Shown here: positions 12,501 to 27,500 of the stretch, one piece after another | How the letters are laid out: every line of letters starts with the position of its first letter | Numbering within the stretch: position 1 is the stretch's first letter | Source of the DNA: Okamejei kenojei | Taxonomy: Eukaryota | Reading direction: 5' to 3' | Assembly: GCA_035221665.1 (NCBI GenBank) | Contig: CM069163.1 | Coordinates: 20,026,001-20,090,000 of the forward strand | DNA length: 64,000 nucleotides | The notes under the pieces: generated by a model | Told to the model about the DNA's origin: nothing | The model's database searches: none | The model's input: only the letters and a program-made list of their open reading frames with translations | Program-made: the position numbers and the translations under genes

Positions 12501-15500
12501 CCTGTCCCGCTGAGTTACTCCAGCTTTTTGTGTCTATCTTTGGCTTAAACCAGCATCTGCAGTTCCTTCCTACACGTATTATCTGATATGATTGGACAGC
12601 ATGCAAGTCAAAGCTTTTCACTGTATCTCAGTACACATGACTATAAAAAACTAAAACCTAAATGTAATCTCTCATTTGTATAATCGAAAAAAAACATTAG
12701 TGGTTGTCTCAGGTATACATGAAGTGATGTTTGAACAAATAGATGAACGTGGAAAGAGAAACGGAGATGCTGACTGACCTGCTGAGTATTTCCAGCATTT
12801 TTTTAAATGACAAATTTTCAGCATCTGAAGTTTTTAATTGATTTCCAACAAGATTAATGCAGCTGGTACAGTCCATTTACAAACTGAAACAAAACACAAA
12901 TTGCTGTAGGGACTCAACGGGTCAGGCAGCAACTGTGGAGAGAATGGAGAGGCAATGTTTTAGTTCAGGGCCCTGATTAGTCTGAAGGAACTTGACCCTA
13001 AACGTCATCTGCCCATTCCCTCCACAGATCCCGCCTGACCCACTGAGTTCCTCCAGCAGTTTGTGTTTTGCTCAAGATTCCAGCATCTGCAGTTCATTGT
13101 GTCTCCACTAAATGAAACAGTTTGATGAATGTGGTTTAAGTACTATTATAAAGGCATCAGTTGTTTATAGTGTGTTGAATGCCAATGCCTAACATTGGTA
13201 CCCCTACAATGCAATCCTAATCAGTTTGTAACACAGGAATAAATCAGATTTCCTTTTTATAGAGTGCATGGCAAATCAGTACTCTGCTCAATGTGACAAA
13301 TGTTAGTTCTTAATTTTGGTGTTTTTATTGTCTCTTGAATGGGTTTCTGACCACATGGTTAACTCTATTACCAGGACAACCCACATCCACCTTGGCTCAT
13401 TATTCTTCGCCTGCTGAAGCTTTCATCCATTCCTGTACATTCTCCACACTAGATGGGTCCTGGCTGTCTTCCCTTCCCACCTTATACATACATGCACATA
13501 CAAGCTTATCCATAACCTTGCTGCACACACCAACCATAGCATCATCCTATTGCTCCTACACTCACTGACTGACATTGCTTCCCATCCATCCAAACCTTCA
13601 TTTAAAACGTTTCATTTTCAAATTGGCTGTAGATGCACGTTTCTATACTGCCATACGTAACACTGTCCTATTTAGACAGTGAGATAAATACCAATGACCA
13701 AAACTAGCTCGCAACTACTTTCTTATTTACACAGTGGTGTTGGTTTGTAACACTGACATCAGTTTTGCCTCTGTTGATAGATAATGGCAGGTGTCATTTT
13801 GGTACGTTGCTGTGTGGGGAGTTATACAGTATAGAATTGGGCCCTTTGGTCCAGTGCATCTGCACTGACCTCCATACACATCTATACTAATCTCACATGG
13901 GTGCATTCATTCCATATCCTGTGTATTTTACCCATTCACTACCTCGTGATGCCTCTTAATTGTTGTTGCTGTCCCTTCCTCTGCAACCTTCTCTGGTACT
14001 TTATTCCAGATACCAACCACTCCATGTAAAGAAATACCTCTTAGATCCCCTTTAATCCTTCCACCTCTCATCTTCAAACCTATGCCCTCTAGTTTTAGAT
14101 AACCATATCATGAGAAGTGGACTCTGGCTATCTACACTATCCATGCCTCACAATGTAATCTTATGCCCCTGTCCCACTTAGGAAACCTGAACGGAAACCT
14201 CTGGCCAGATCTTGCGCCCCACCCAAGGTTTCCGTGTTTTTGTCCTCCGGCAACCACCTTCAACTAGCATCGCAACCGGCTTTGACTAAAAAAATAACGA
14301 ATTTTAAAACGGAAACCACTTTCGACCATTAGGGAGACTGAGAAAAACCTCCGGGAACCGCACGGAAACCTTGGGTGGGGCGCAATGTCTCTAGAGGTTT
14401 CCGTTCAGGTTTTCTAAGTGGGACTGGGGGCATAACTCTATCATGCCATCTCTCAATATCTGTCGCTCTAGGGGAAACAGTCTTTGCCTAACCAATCCTT
14501 CCTGATAACTCAAGCTCTCCCATCCTTGCATATCTGTTATACACCCTCTTGCAGTGTAACCACATCAATATGTATGACTAGCACAAATCAGAATTCTTAC
14601 CCATACTGTGCTGTGACTGTTAATGGTGTCAGTTACCTGGACACACGGAGCATGACAAATATCAGTCTACGGGCTTGATGTAACATTTGACACCAGGATG
14701 TTATCTGGGCTTGAGTTATAGGGATAGGTTGCATAAGCACATGAAGAATGTGTCAGCATACAAAAATACTTTCAATGCGTGATTTAGCCCAGGCTTGCGG
14801 TAAAAATAACAGCAGGCACTCGCTGTAAATGGAAGTGCATATGACAAATATAACAGCAGGCACTCGCTGTAAATGACACAAACTGATCAGCAGATTGCTC
14901 GTGTATTTCCAGTTTTTAAAAGCTTCACTACAACAGAATCTCACCCATCAAATCAGCATGGAAGGTCTTGGCAGGGCATGACATAACTGTCCCTCTGTGT
15001 CTCGCCTCCACTTAACTCGCCAGAAACGACCAGATCTTGTCTATTCCAATAAGTAAATGTTCAAAACTCTGATAAGTATTAATTACTCCAAGCCACCCCT
15101 CTGGCATTGAGGCCAACTTCTACATGTTATCACGTTACTGCAGAAATTAATTGGTGCAGATATTTAAAATATCTTAAATACATATATTTTAATCCTCTTT
15201 CATTCATTAAGATCTTAATAAGTTGTTAACCTTCCTGTTGGTCTACGGACACATCGATCGTTTTGTGAGCCAACCAAAAGCAACATCTCTTCCACACTGG
15301 AGCAGAGGAGAGTTGCTGCCTCACAGCATTAGGGCCCTGGGATCGATTCTGACTTCAGCTGCTGTCCATGTGGAGTTTGCACGTTCCCCCTGTGACCGCC
15401 TGGATTTCCTCTGGATGCTCCGGTTTTCTCCCACATCCCAAAGACATGCAAATTTGTAGGTTAACCAAATTTGTAGGTTAATTGGCCTTGGTAAACTACT

Positions 15501-18500
15501 CTTTGTATGTAGGTAGTGGATGCATAAATGGGCAATGTAGAACTAGTGTGAATGGGTAATTGATGGTCAGTTTGGACTTGGTGGGCCAACAGGTCTGTTT
15601 CCATGCTGTTTCTCTAAAACTAAAACCAAAATTAAACTGCCCCACAGGGTTCCTTCCGAAACTCACTGGACAGCTCTGCTGACTTGGTGGCCCAGGCTTC
15701 TGCAGTCAGCCTCGGCAGCAGTCTCAGAGGGCAGCACTCTCTGGCGAGAAGGTTGAGCATTTAAATCTGCTCCAGAGACCGTTTCACAAAACTCCCCACA
15801 GATGCTCCAAAGTTCAATGCCAAGGAAGAGCTGTCTTCCCCAAAGTGCCATCCATTGGATGCATTGTTAAACCTACCTCCAAAGTGAACACAAATGATCC
15901 CATAGCAGCATCTCAGAGAAGGCCAGATGTTGTACCCCTGAAATCCAGGCCAACATTTATCTCTCACTCAACATTGCCAACATGCTATAATGTTCCATGT
16001 ATCATAGAACATAGAGCGGCACAGCACAGGAAGAGGCTCTTTGGCCCACAATGAACATGATTTACAATAAAAATAGATTTACAATAAAAACCAATCACAT
16101 CCTGTCCACATCCCTCCATATCCACGCCCCGATCTAAAACTCTTTTAAATGCCACTATCATGCCTGCCTCATTTAAGCTCATTTAATATATAATACGAAT
16201 CCTTTTCCTTTCAACTCCTTTCACCACCGTACACCTGATAGCACGCAGCTGCTTTGGGGCACAAGTATTTCCATGGAGACCAGAGGCAGGTTTTAAACCC
16301 CAGCTGTTTGACTGGACGGAGGAACAATGGCACCTCATCCCACCTCAGCTGTTTGACCCACATTGTGGTGTGTAGTGCACGTCATGATGCTAAACGAGAG
16401 GTTGTTCTTTGTCATTATTCACCAGTGCTCAGTCTGCATTGTACAACCTGGAGTTGGCAACAGAGTTTAACCTCGGCACTGACTCAAGCATTGATGGCTG
16501 TGTGGGGATCTATTTCATGTTGTATTATTAATAAGAGGCAAGGTTTTATTTTGTGCAGTCAGTATTTATTTATCATGAAACAAATAGTTGTCTGGTTAAA
16601 GACAATGCTCCACTTTAGGGGGTTGAACAAAGGATCTGCTGCTGAACACCTGCCTTTGCAATTGGAGTCACCACTGCCACTTTTCCCAGGGACTAACAGC
16701 CCTGTAATGAAGGCAGAACCAAAGTGCTGGAGGAACTCAGCAGCTCAGGCGACATCTCTGGAGAACATGGATAGGTGACGTTTCAGGTTGTGATTATGGG
16801 GGTTGGGGAGAAGAAAGCTGGAAAAGGGAAGAGGCAGGACAAAGCATGGCAGGTAATAAATTGACACATGCTGGGGGGGGGGGGGGGGGGGGGGGGGTGA
16901 CAGGCAGATGGTTGGCCTTTAATCCTTTGTCTCGACCCAAAACGTCACCTATCCGTGTTTTCCACAGACGCTGCCTGACGTCTGAGTTACTCCAGAGCTT
17001 TGAGTCCTGTAAAGAAGGTAACAAGGGCAATTACAGTCACCACAACTTTATGTAGCACCTTTAACATGGTAAAAAGCACCGCAAGAGTACTAAGATTACA
17101 TTTGGCAACAAGACTGCGGAGGACTACTTGGGTGGGTGAGCAAAAGCTGAATGGAAGTTCTGTAAGAAAGAGAGAGTGCCTTTGATGGTGTCAGTAGAAA
17201 GGAAACCTATGGTTTAATAGATGATTAAAGGGCCTGTCCCACTTTCACGACCTAATTCACGACCTTTTTTACTCGTGGACATTTTTCATCATTTAAAATC
17301 CCTAGTCAGGCAATGATAAACATGGAAATAGGTTTCAAGTCAGTTTTCATAATGACTTAAATAAACATAAATATTCTCCCTAAGAATTGAACTAAATGCG
17401 TGATTCCCACAGGGGAAGCAGTTGGAAGAGTGTCCACACGGTCTTTAAGATCAGAAAAGAGCCTAGGTGGGTTAAGATGGTTCAAATATGCAGCCAATAT
17501 CAAACCTTGGCCATGCTCTCATCTCACTACCAGAAGGTGGTACAGGAGCCTGAGAACCAGGTGACCACCAGATTCAAGCACAGCTTCTTTCCAGTGACCA
17601 TCAGACTCTTAAACACTGCACAACACTAACCACTACCCCCACAACTATCATCTTCTATGGATTGTGTCTTTGGTTGAATGACGAACTTCAGTTTTGCACG
17701 ATTTTTGGTTAAGTAGTATTATGGTTAATTTATTGTACCACTGATTATTACATATTTTTCCTGTGTTATTGTGTTAACGGGCCTGATAAGGAAAAACAGA
17801 ATGTTATTGTTCCATTGTCAGTACATGTGACAATAAATCAGTCTTGACTGCTGCCTTGAGGGTGATGCCAAAACATAAAGCTATGTTTACGATAGTTCTC
17901 AGAGATTTCAGGAGAAACAGGGGAAATATGGAAACCGCAATCAATAAAAATAACTTGCAATTGTGTGGCACCCTTGCCCTCTGGTGTTTTGCCTGTAAAG
18001 AGAGGGAGAGGGTTTGGGGCTCAGAATAAATGTGTAGGAAATGGAAACAAATAGTCTGAAGGGTCTCGACCGGAAATGTCACCAATTCCATCTCTCCAGA
18101 GTTGAGAGCTGAGTTACTCCAGCGTTTTGTGTCTATCTTAGGAAATGGAAAAAATATGTGTGGCGCTCCATCAAAAATGGCAAAGGAAAGAAAAGTTTCC
18201 AGAAATGGGAGAAGGTCTTATCTTAAGAAAAGTTGGTGTAATTGAGAAAAGGGTTGGTGCCCTTACAGGAGGCAGGGTTGGATGAGGTACAGGTGGGATA
18301 CCAATATCTCTTGGTGCTCTTATAAAATATGTCAGTGGCAAGTTCCTCTCCTGAGATGGAGGCAGAGAGATCAAGATAAAGAAGAGTCAGAGATTGGCCG
18401 GGTGAATTTGAGGGCAGGGTGGAAGTAGGTGGAGAAGATGAGGGAGTTGACGAATTCTGTATGAGAGCAGGAAGCAGCACCAATGCAGGGGCTGATGCAG

Positions 18501-21500
18501 AGGAGAATGCTCGGGGGTGGGTTTATGCTGGGATCGGCTTGAAACCAAGGACTGTTCCACATGGCCAACAAAACGACAGGTGTAGCTAAGGTCCAAGCAA
18601 CTGCTTTGATTTATAGGAAGTGGGGGAGAAACATCAAAAGGGTTGGTGTTGAGGCAAGGACAAGTTTTGCTAGGTGAGTGAGGGTATTAGCGGGAGAAAC
18701 AGGTTGGGCCTTTGCTAATACAGTCACTTGGGAAACCAATTGGCTGAAGGGAAAATCTCCAAAACAGCAAAGGAATAATGATGATGACATCTGTATTAAT
18801 AATGTTAGTTAAGAGGTAAATATTTGCTAGGATGCAGGATAAAATTCCCCAGCTCCTCCCAAAAAGTGTTATGGAATAATTTACATCCACCCGGGAAGGC
18901 AGATGGAACAGAGGGTTTGATTTAACTGAAAACTGAAAAATTGCACTTTCAACAATGCAGTAATTCCTCATGTTTTATTGTTTTAATCTTCAAATATTGT
19001 GCGCAACGGTCAACAAATGGGTATTGGATTCACCGCTTCCAGTGTCAGAGATCAGGGATCACCCACGGAGCAGAGGCTAACAACCGATGGGAGATGGAGT
19101 CTCTTTCTCAGATGCCTGGGTTGCGCACGAAGATGACAACTTGTATCGGCTTCTTCTCTGGTGGCAGTCCGCCACCTGTTTAAGTTATTGGTTTCGATTT
19201 AAGTATGCCTCAGTATAACACCACTGTTACTTAGCATTCTTCACTGTACTGTGCTTTCAAACAAAATCTATTGCGACAATTTTGTAAATAACGTTCTTCT
19301 TCCATCCCCCACTGTGGTCCCTATTGTAAGCAATCTGTCNNNNNNNNNNNNNNNNNNNNNNNNNNNNNNNNNNNNNNNNNNNNNNNNNNNNNNNNNNNNN
19401 NNNNNNNNNNNNNNNNNNNNNNNNNNNNNNNNNNNNNNNNNNNNNNNNNNNNNNNNNNNNNNNNNNNNNNNNNNNNNNNNNNNNNNNNNNNNNNNNNNNN
19501 NNNNNNNNNNNNNNNNNNNNNNNNNNNNNNNNNNNNNNNNNNNNNNNNNNNNNNNNNNNNNNNNNNNGCTGGCTTTTAAGAGGCCTTTAGATAGGAATAG
19601 AGAGATATGGAACACGTACAGGCATCAAGTTCGCCACGGACATTGTGGGCTAAAGGGCCTGTTCCTATGCAGTACTGTTTTATGTCCTCTGTGTGATCTC
19701 TCCACCTCTACTTCTTGGTTGATTTAAGCACAAAGAGGTTTCATAAGGCAATTAGACAATTGCAATTAAGGAAGTAAAATCTTATAAAATTATTATTATA
19801 AATAAAATTAGAATTCAGTTAATAGAATTGTGAAATATTCAACTGAAGGAATGCCCTTGCAACATATTAAGGTAATATTTTGGAGCTCATGAACTTAAAG
19901 ATTAATAATGATTTAGTACGCCATAGAAAATTGACCTAAAACTTGTACGTTAAGCCACAATATTCTCAGGGATAAAAATTGAAAACAATCAGACGACCAA
20001 ATCACTGAGGAAGCAGGTAGACTGACCACCAGATACTCAAGTAGACAACTGATCTTTAGCTAATGTCAAAGCAAATATAAACACAGGAAAGAAATATAAA
20101 GGCATGAGATGTTAAACTTCCTCTCATATGGCTCATTTGCTAATGCTTATGCTAAACCAAGGTCTTTCAATTGGTGAAAATTTGCCGGTATAGACTCGAT
20201 GGGCCAAAGGGCCTGTTTGCATGCTGCAATTTTCAATTAATAGGTTTGATCAGTTGGGTAGAATACACTTGGGCAGTGTACACTTGGAACAGTGCCATCC
20301 CAGTGAAATAGACAGAGACTTCTGTATCCAGTTCTACAAAGTAACTCAAGGAACGTGGGCAAATTGGAGTCATTTCCAACTGACAGGTGGAACTGGATAA
20401 ACATAACGAGCAGAGGCAGCGTTGGAAGATACTCATGGTTAATAGGACAATATGGGATCAATAGCTTTCCACAAATAAAGCCTTTCCAAGTTATCCGAAA
20501 AACAGGCTGAAGGGTAGTTGGTGTCCGAGGGAATGCTATCAATCCCGTTAGAAGGAGAGAACAAAAGTAAAAAACAGAAAAACCCCACAAAATACTGAAA
20601 GCACTCAACAGGTCAGACATCATCTGTTGAAAAAAGATAGAGTTAATGTCCCATATTCATTCTGACAAACATGTCCCATTTTGTCCTTTGATTCAAGATG
20701 TGTGATGTCACAGATTAGTGATGCATGTAAAATTCCCAATATTAACGTTTTATAAAGCTTTCATTTCGCCTAATTTCCTTTGACAACTTTTCTGTGTTTA
20801 TCTCCTCAGTTTCAGAACCTGCAGTTATTCAACGATATTACGCGTCACTGGAAGAACAATTCTTTCAGATAAGTGAGAATGAATTAACCAAAATAAATAC
20901 ATTTTATGCAGGTAAATTCATGATTTTATTTTATTTTTTATATTCTTTGTCTGTGTTGTGAAATGAGGCATTCGGAGGGACAGATTTGTTTAGCAACCAA
21001 TTGGAATTTATGCGTCAAGTTGGTGTGGGAAGGTGGAGTTGAGGCTGAGATCAAATTCGACATGATTTCACCATATAGAACATACATCCAAAGGATTGTA
21101 AGGTTGACATCTACTGCTTTTTGTGCTCTCATTGCTGAGGGAGTCTCCAGCGCTGAGAATTGTACCATGTTAAACAAAGCAGAGCCCAGTGCCAAAAGTC
21201 ACAACCATAACATTGAGAGACAAATGTATGGCAATTAGTTACTGGGCCATCAGTTCATTTCAATAGGTCTAACTAGACCAAATCCGATTCACCACTTAAT
21301 CTTTTCACTGCTCTTGGTTATAATTGGTACTCTCCCAGTCTCTGCACTTCGGGGGTTAAAGACTGAGGCAGAGCTCAAATCACCGATGAAGAACTTTGTT
21401 GAAGTTAAAAACAGTGGCATTGAGCCAATAAAGGACTTCTGAATGAAACAAAAAAAGTGTTTAGAGAAACTCAGCAGGTCAGGCAGCATCTGTGGAGGAA

Positions 21501-24500
21501 AAGGACAGGACATTTCAAGACGGGATTCTTTCTTCACATCGATTGCCCGAACACTGAATCAGTCTGAAGAAGGGTCCCAATCTGAAAAGTCCATTCACTC
21601 CATAAAAGCTGCTTGACCTTCCGAGTTGCTCCGGCGCTGAATTTTGCTCAAGCATTTGTAGTTTCTTGTCTCAACAACAGTGTTGGATTGAGATTAGAAC
21701 TAATGAAGGATAAAGACCAGAACTAAACACATTGTTTCCATGTGGAATTTTACTGCAATTCTACATCCTGAAAAACTGTACCTCAAATTAAAAATGGTGA
21801 CAATTAAATTAATTACAAAACAATTAGCTCCAACCTGGACTCTGCTGAGTTTAATTAATTTTTTACTGAATAGTATTTCAAAACTTCAAGACGAAGAAAA
21901 AAAAAAAATCAGATCATTTAACCGACTGCTTTATCTAAAATTACATCTCAGGGAACCAATAGGACTCCTTGGCTTGATGTGGAGGTTACTCCATCAGATG
22001 GGACTTCTTATCTAATTCCTGGCGCCAGAGACAGGCACTGACTCTGGGCAATGCTGTATAATTCTGACCAAAGTAAACTATAATTAGAAAGAATCACATT
22101 ATCCACTTAAAATTAAAAAAAAAAAAATGGGCTCTAGCACTCCCATAATCTGAAGAAATTGTTATTCTACATCCAGGATCTATTTTTGCATTCACCTCTT
22201 CGCTTGCCTATCATCAAACATTGATGGGAACAGTGCAAATCTCGCGAGTTGGACCCGTCAATGATTCACACAAAGAATGGGCATCCTTGAGCACTGGGCA
22301 GATGGAAGGGAATTTTATGTGTAGGAAGGAACTGCAGATGCTGGTTTAAATCAAAGATAGACACAAAATGCTGGAGTAACTCAACAGGGCAGGCAGCATC
22401 TCTGGAGAGAAGGAATGGCTGAGGTTTTTGGTCAACACCCTTCTTCAGACTGAAGGGTCTCGACCCGAAACGCCACCCGTTCCTTCTCTCCAGAGATGCT
22501 GCCTGTCCCGCTGAGTTACTCCAGCATTTTGTGTCTATCTTCGAAGGGAGTTTTATATCCAATCTCCTGCTCCAGTTGCAGGTACCAGGTCTATTGATCC
22601 ATAACAAACCACCCAAGCAATCCTGCAAGTTATTAATCATAAAATGCTGGAGAAACTCAGCGGGTGCAGCAGCATCCATGGAGTGAAGGAGATAGGCAAC
22701 GTTTTGGGCCAAAACCCTTCTTCAGACCCGAAATGTTGCCTATCTCCTTCGCTCCATAGATGCTGCTGCACCCACTGAGTTTCTCCAGCATTTTGTGTAA
22801 ACCCTTGACTTTCCAGCATCTGCAGTTCCTTCTTTAACAAGTTATTAATCATGTATTGTTCCCAATATTCCATGGTGAATTCTTTACACCTTTTACTCAC
22901 TCACACTGTACAGTACATTTATAAAAAGAATTCTGATCTTGCGCATTGCAGCTTAATGAAATACACCTTGCCTTTCTACATCTTCAGAGAAACTTGCAGA
23001 GGCCCAAAGAAGATTAGCAACACTACAGATTGAACTTGAAGCAGTATTTGGTGCCCAGAGAGCGATCGAAGCAAGATCAGTGGGGCAGTGGAGGAGCATC
23101 CTTCTTAAAGCACACAGGCACCGGGCGCGACACAAGACCATGTGTGACCTGAAACTGGCCTTCAGTGAACTCTACCTTAGTCTCGTGCTACTGCAGAATT
23201 ATCAGGTATATGAAGGCTGTTTCAGCCCATCAAAATGCATCACCCACTGATGGATGGGATCCATTAGAAACAAATTAAAATGTCCCTTAACGTCATTAAA
23301 GAAATGTTCAGGTGGAGTGTGCAGGATGTACCAGAGACTTTGAACATAGAACATAGTACAGCACAGGAACAACGCCGCGGCTCACAATATCAGCGCCGAA
23401 CATGACACAAAGTTCAATAATATCCTCTGCCTGCACACGATCCATATACCTCCATTCCCTGCACAGTCACGTGCCCATCTAAAAGAGGCTAAAAGCCTCT
23501 TACAACGCCATTATCGGATCTGCCTCCACCATCACCCCAGACAGTGTTCCCACCACATGTGTAAAAAAACACTTGCCTGCACATTCCTTTAAATTTTGCC
23601 CTTCTCACCTTAAAACAATGGCCTTTGGTCTTTCACATTTCCACCTTGGGGGGGGGGGGGGGGGAGAAAGGTTCTGACTATCTATCCTGTCGATGCCATT
23701 TATAATTTTTTTCTACTTCAATTAAGACATCACTGAACCTGCGGCATTCCGTAGAAAAAAAGCAATCCAGGTTTGTCTAACCTCTTCTTGTAGCTAATAC
23801 CCTCTAATCCAGGCAGCATCCTGGTTAACTTCTTCTGCACCCTTTCCCACGCCTCCACATCCTTCTTGTACTGGGGTGACCGAAACCGCACACAAAGCTC
23901 CGTATACTGCCTAAAGAAATTCCTGAAGAACTGCATCACGACTTCCGGACTCATATATTCAGTACCCCGACCGATGAAGGCGAGCACACCATATGCCTTC
24001 TCTGTGTATACGTCATTACTAACATTGCCTAGACATCGAAGCAGAAATGTGAGGTTTAACGCACCATGTTAAACATAGGTGAAAGAGAAAGTCTCTGAAT
24101 GGTCAGTGGCATCACGGCCACCACTGGGGCAGGAGGGTGTGTGTTCAAGGCCAATACTAGAATTGCATGTCCACAAACTCTCAGTACACGCTGATCATGT
24201 GCAACATTGGTGAAGGTATTGTCTGCTGGATAAGTCGTTAAGTATATCCAACCCTGTTCTGCCCTCGGAGTTGCACATGGGAAACCAATGCATCTGTGAG
24301 TAGAAAACACTGCATACAATATTTGGTCCTAAAACATTCCCATTACAATATTTATTCTCACCTCATTGTCACGTGTACCTAGGTACAGTGACATTCTTTG
24401 TTCTGCATACACCTCATCGATGTTTATGTCTTGCTGCATGTTTTTAACTTGGAGTGACCATACGTTAAAAGTCAAATCTCTTCATCAGCTGTGGAGTGGT

Positions 24501-27500
24501 TTGGGTTGTGCTCAGGTTGACAAAGAGGCAACACCCCTCTCATTATCGCTCCTGCCCCCTCAAAATGCTGTGGATGCTGGAGACCAAACTGAGCTCGCCA
24601 GGAACACCAGGGAATATCGGTCAAAGGTTAAAAATGAGGTCAGAACCCCGATCCGATTGACCGGCAGAGCAATAACGAGCTCCTGCAGTGAGTAACATTC
24701 CTAACATTGAGAAATTACTATGGTGAGAGGGAGAGTCAGAGGAGATTTCTTTAGTGATGATTTATTTCCAAGGAGCAGTGCAGACCAATGTTGCCCTGAC
24801 CTTTATTTATCTTTTCATCACCATGCCCTTCCATGGCCATCAGTCACCCTTCTGGGACAATGTGACAATGCGTCCTATACTGCAGCAGCACTTGGAGGAG
24901 AGAAGTGGCAGGGGGGGTGGGGGGGGGGGAGTGTGTGAAAAGAAACATCAGTGCAGGATCACGAAATACAGCCATTGACATGGATATCAAAAATGACAAC
25001 AACATTGTGGCTCTCCACATTGCTTCACGCTAGCATGTAGTCCAAGCAGATCATAGTGATATACCATACAGAAAGAGACTCAACACAATGTGACCATACC
25101 AACCATCCACCACCTATTTACACTCACTCGCCCTATGTTGATTCCATTTTATTCTCTCCATATTCCCATCAACTCCCCCCTGCCCACCTTCAGATTCTCC
25201 TCCTCAGCTACACACCAGGGGTGTAGAGTTATACTGCGCAATAACTTGTGCTTTGGCCAAACTCATCCATGCTGACCAAGATACCCCACCTAAGCGAGTC
25301 CCATTTGGCCATATCCTTTCCTATCCATGTGCTTGTCCAAATGTCGTTTAAATGTTGTTATTATGTCAACCTCAACACCCTTTTCGTTCCACCCATCTCC
25401 TTTGCCAATCAGAGCTCATCTATTGAATTAATAACCATGGACTTGTTGAATCTTTGTTAACCAGTAGCCCATCAATAACCATAACTTTCTGCAGTGAATT
25501 TAACCGATGATTAACAAACAAGGTTTTAAGAATAATGAGGATGATGGGGGACAGGATCAGCTTGCTCTTGTGGTTTGAGACTCGGTGTGTTGAATTGAAT
25601 TGAAAGTTACAGCAATGAATCTGACCCTTCAGTCCACACTGACCATCATACTCTAGTTCTATGTTACCGCACTTTCTCATCCAACACACTAGGGGCAATT
25701 TACAGAGGCCAACTAACCTACAAACTCACATGACTTTGGGATGAGAAGGGAAACCCAGGCGGTCACAGAGAGAGCATGCAAACTTCACACCAACAGCAAA
25801 CGGGGTTGGGATCGAATGCAGGTCTCTTGCACTGTGAAGTTGTCGATTACCCTCTGAATGCATCAGTCAATGTGTATGCCAGGAACAACACACCTGAACA
25901 CACTGTTTGCAAGTTCTGGTCAATTACATTATTTCCACCTCCCCACCTGTCCGACATCTCAAGAGATTACTGACAAAGCAACCTCGACTTCTCTTCCAGA
26001 ATCTCAACCTCACAGGTTTTTCCAAAATTTTGAAGAAATACGATAAGATGTTCAACGCATCGAAGGGGGCGGGCTGGCAGGCAGCCCTTGTGGAGAGCTC
26101 TACAATGTACACCAGCAAGAAGATAGACCAGCTAATAAGCGAGGTGGAGGTAAGTGCGGGCAGGACTGAAGGGGTCCCTTCTCGCTTGTTCAGAGGCAGA
26201 TATGATATCCCTGTTCAGATCAAAGTTCTACTATCACCGTCTCTCTCCAGGGCTACCAGGCAAGAAATTGCAGCCATGCATCCATCTAGGGTTGGGATAG
26301 ACTGCTGCAGGCTTTTACAGGAGTTATCACCACTGTGCTTATAGCTATAGCACTGGGAGGCCTGATGGGTCCCCAGTATACACTGCAGGATGAGATCTGA
26401 CCAAAACATTGTGTCAGAGATGCAATGAACTGCAGATGTAAGGATTCTTGAGCATTGTGCTTGGAACTTTTGCCTTCTAAGGTTGTGGAAAGTTATAGAC
26501 TAAAATATCAATTGTGCACACCTTTCTAAAAATACCCTATTATTTAAAGTGGAGACACAAAGAACTGCAGATGCAGGAATCTGGAACAAAATACAAAGTG
26601 CTGGAGGTACTCTGCCGGTCAGGCACTATCTGTGGAGCAAATGGATAGGCAATGATTCGGGTCAGGACCTTTCTTCAAACAGGGCTGGGGGGAGCAAGCT
26701 GGTAAAGAGATGTGGGGGTAAGGCAAAGCCTGGCAAGTGATCGGTGGATATAGGTGAAGGGAGAGGGTGACTGGCAGATAGGTGGGATAAGTGACAAAGG
26801 CCAGAAGTGAAAAGGAGGCTAAAGGGTCGCTGATAAGGAGTGGATGAATGAAATGGGTAGACAAAAGTGCTGGAGAAACTCAGCGGGTGCAGCAGCATCT
26901 ATGGAGCGAAGGAAACAGGCAATGTTTCGGGCCGAAACCCTTCTTCAGACTGATGTTAAGATGGGAGGGAGGAATATGGGTGGAAAGGGACAGGGGCAAA
27001 AAAAGGAGAGTGAAAGGCAAATATGGGAGACGGTAGGGTCTTTTACAAGCACTGAAATGGAGAATGTGAGGGTAATGGCTGACACAATGGTATTTACATA
27101 GAGTGAAGCATGTAGAGAGCGGGTGAGAGGTATTTATGAATCCAGTGTGCTAGTATAGTCAGAGAGGTAGCTGCTCAGATTATAGGACACCTAGAGGACA
27201 GTGCATGTAGCAGAGTATTTACAGAATGCAGCATACAAGTGGGTGGGGCGGGGGGCAGGGATATCTGTGGACATTGCCTTGCCATACAAAGGTGGACGCA
27301 GAGTATTTACAGAATGCCACAGAGGGGCAAAGGGGAATGTTATTTATGGATAACCTGACAGACATCTTCTTAAGGCAGACTTCACCCGACTTTGAGAAAG
27401 AAAGCTTTCTTTGATTTTATGACGTGCAAAACTGAGAGGCAGCTGCCCAAGGAGCACAGGAGCAACCCAGCCTGTCCTGACCCAATGATACCAGACAGAG

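Noticed and set aside
16254-16778. 174-aa ORF
   Set aside because: Non-ATG start, low-information sequence ending in a Penelope terminal repeat; no domain.
19251-19727. Long ORFs spanning 19340-19567
   Set aside because: Artefact of the N gap.
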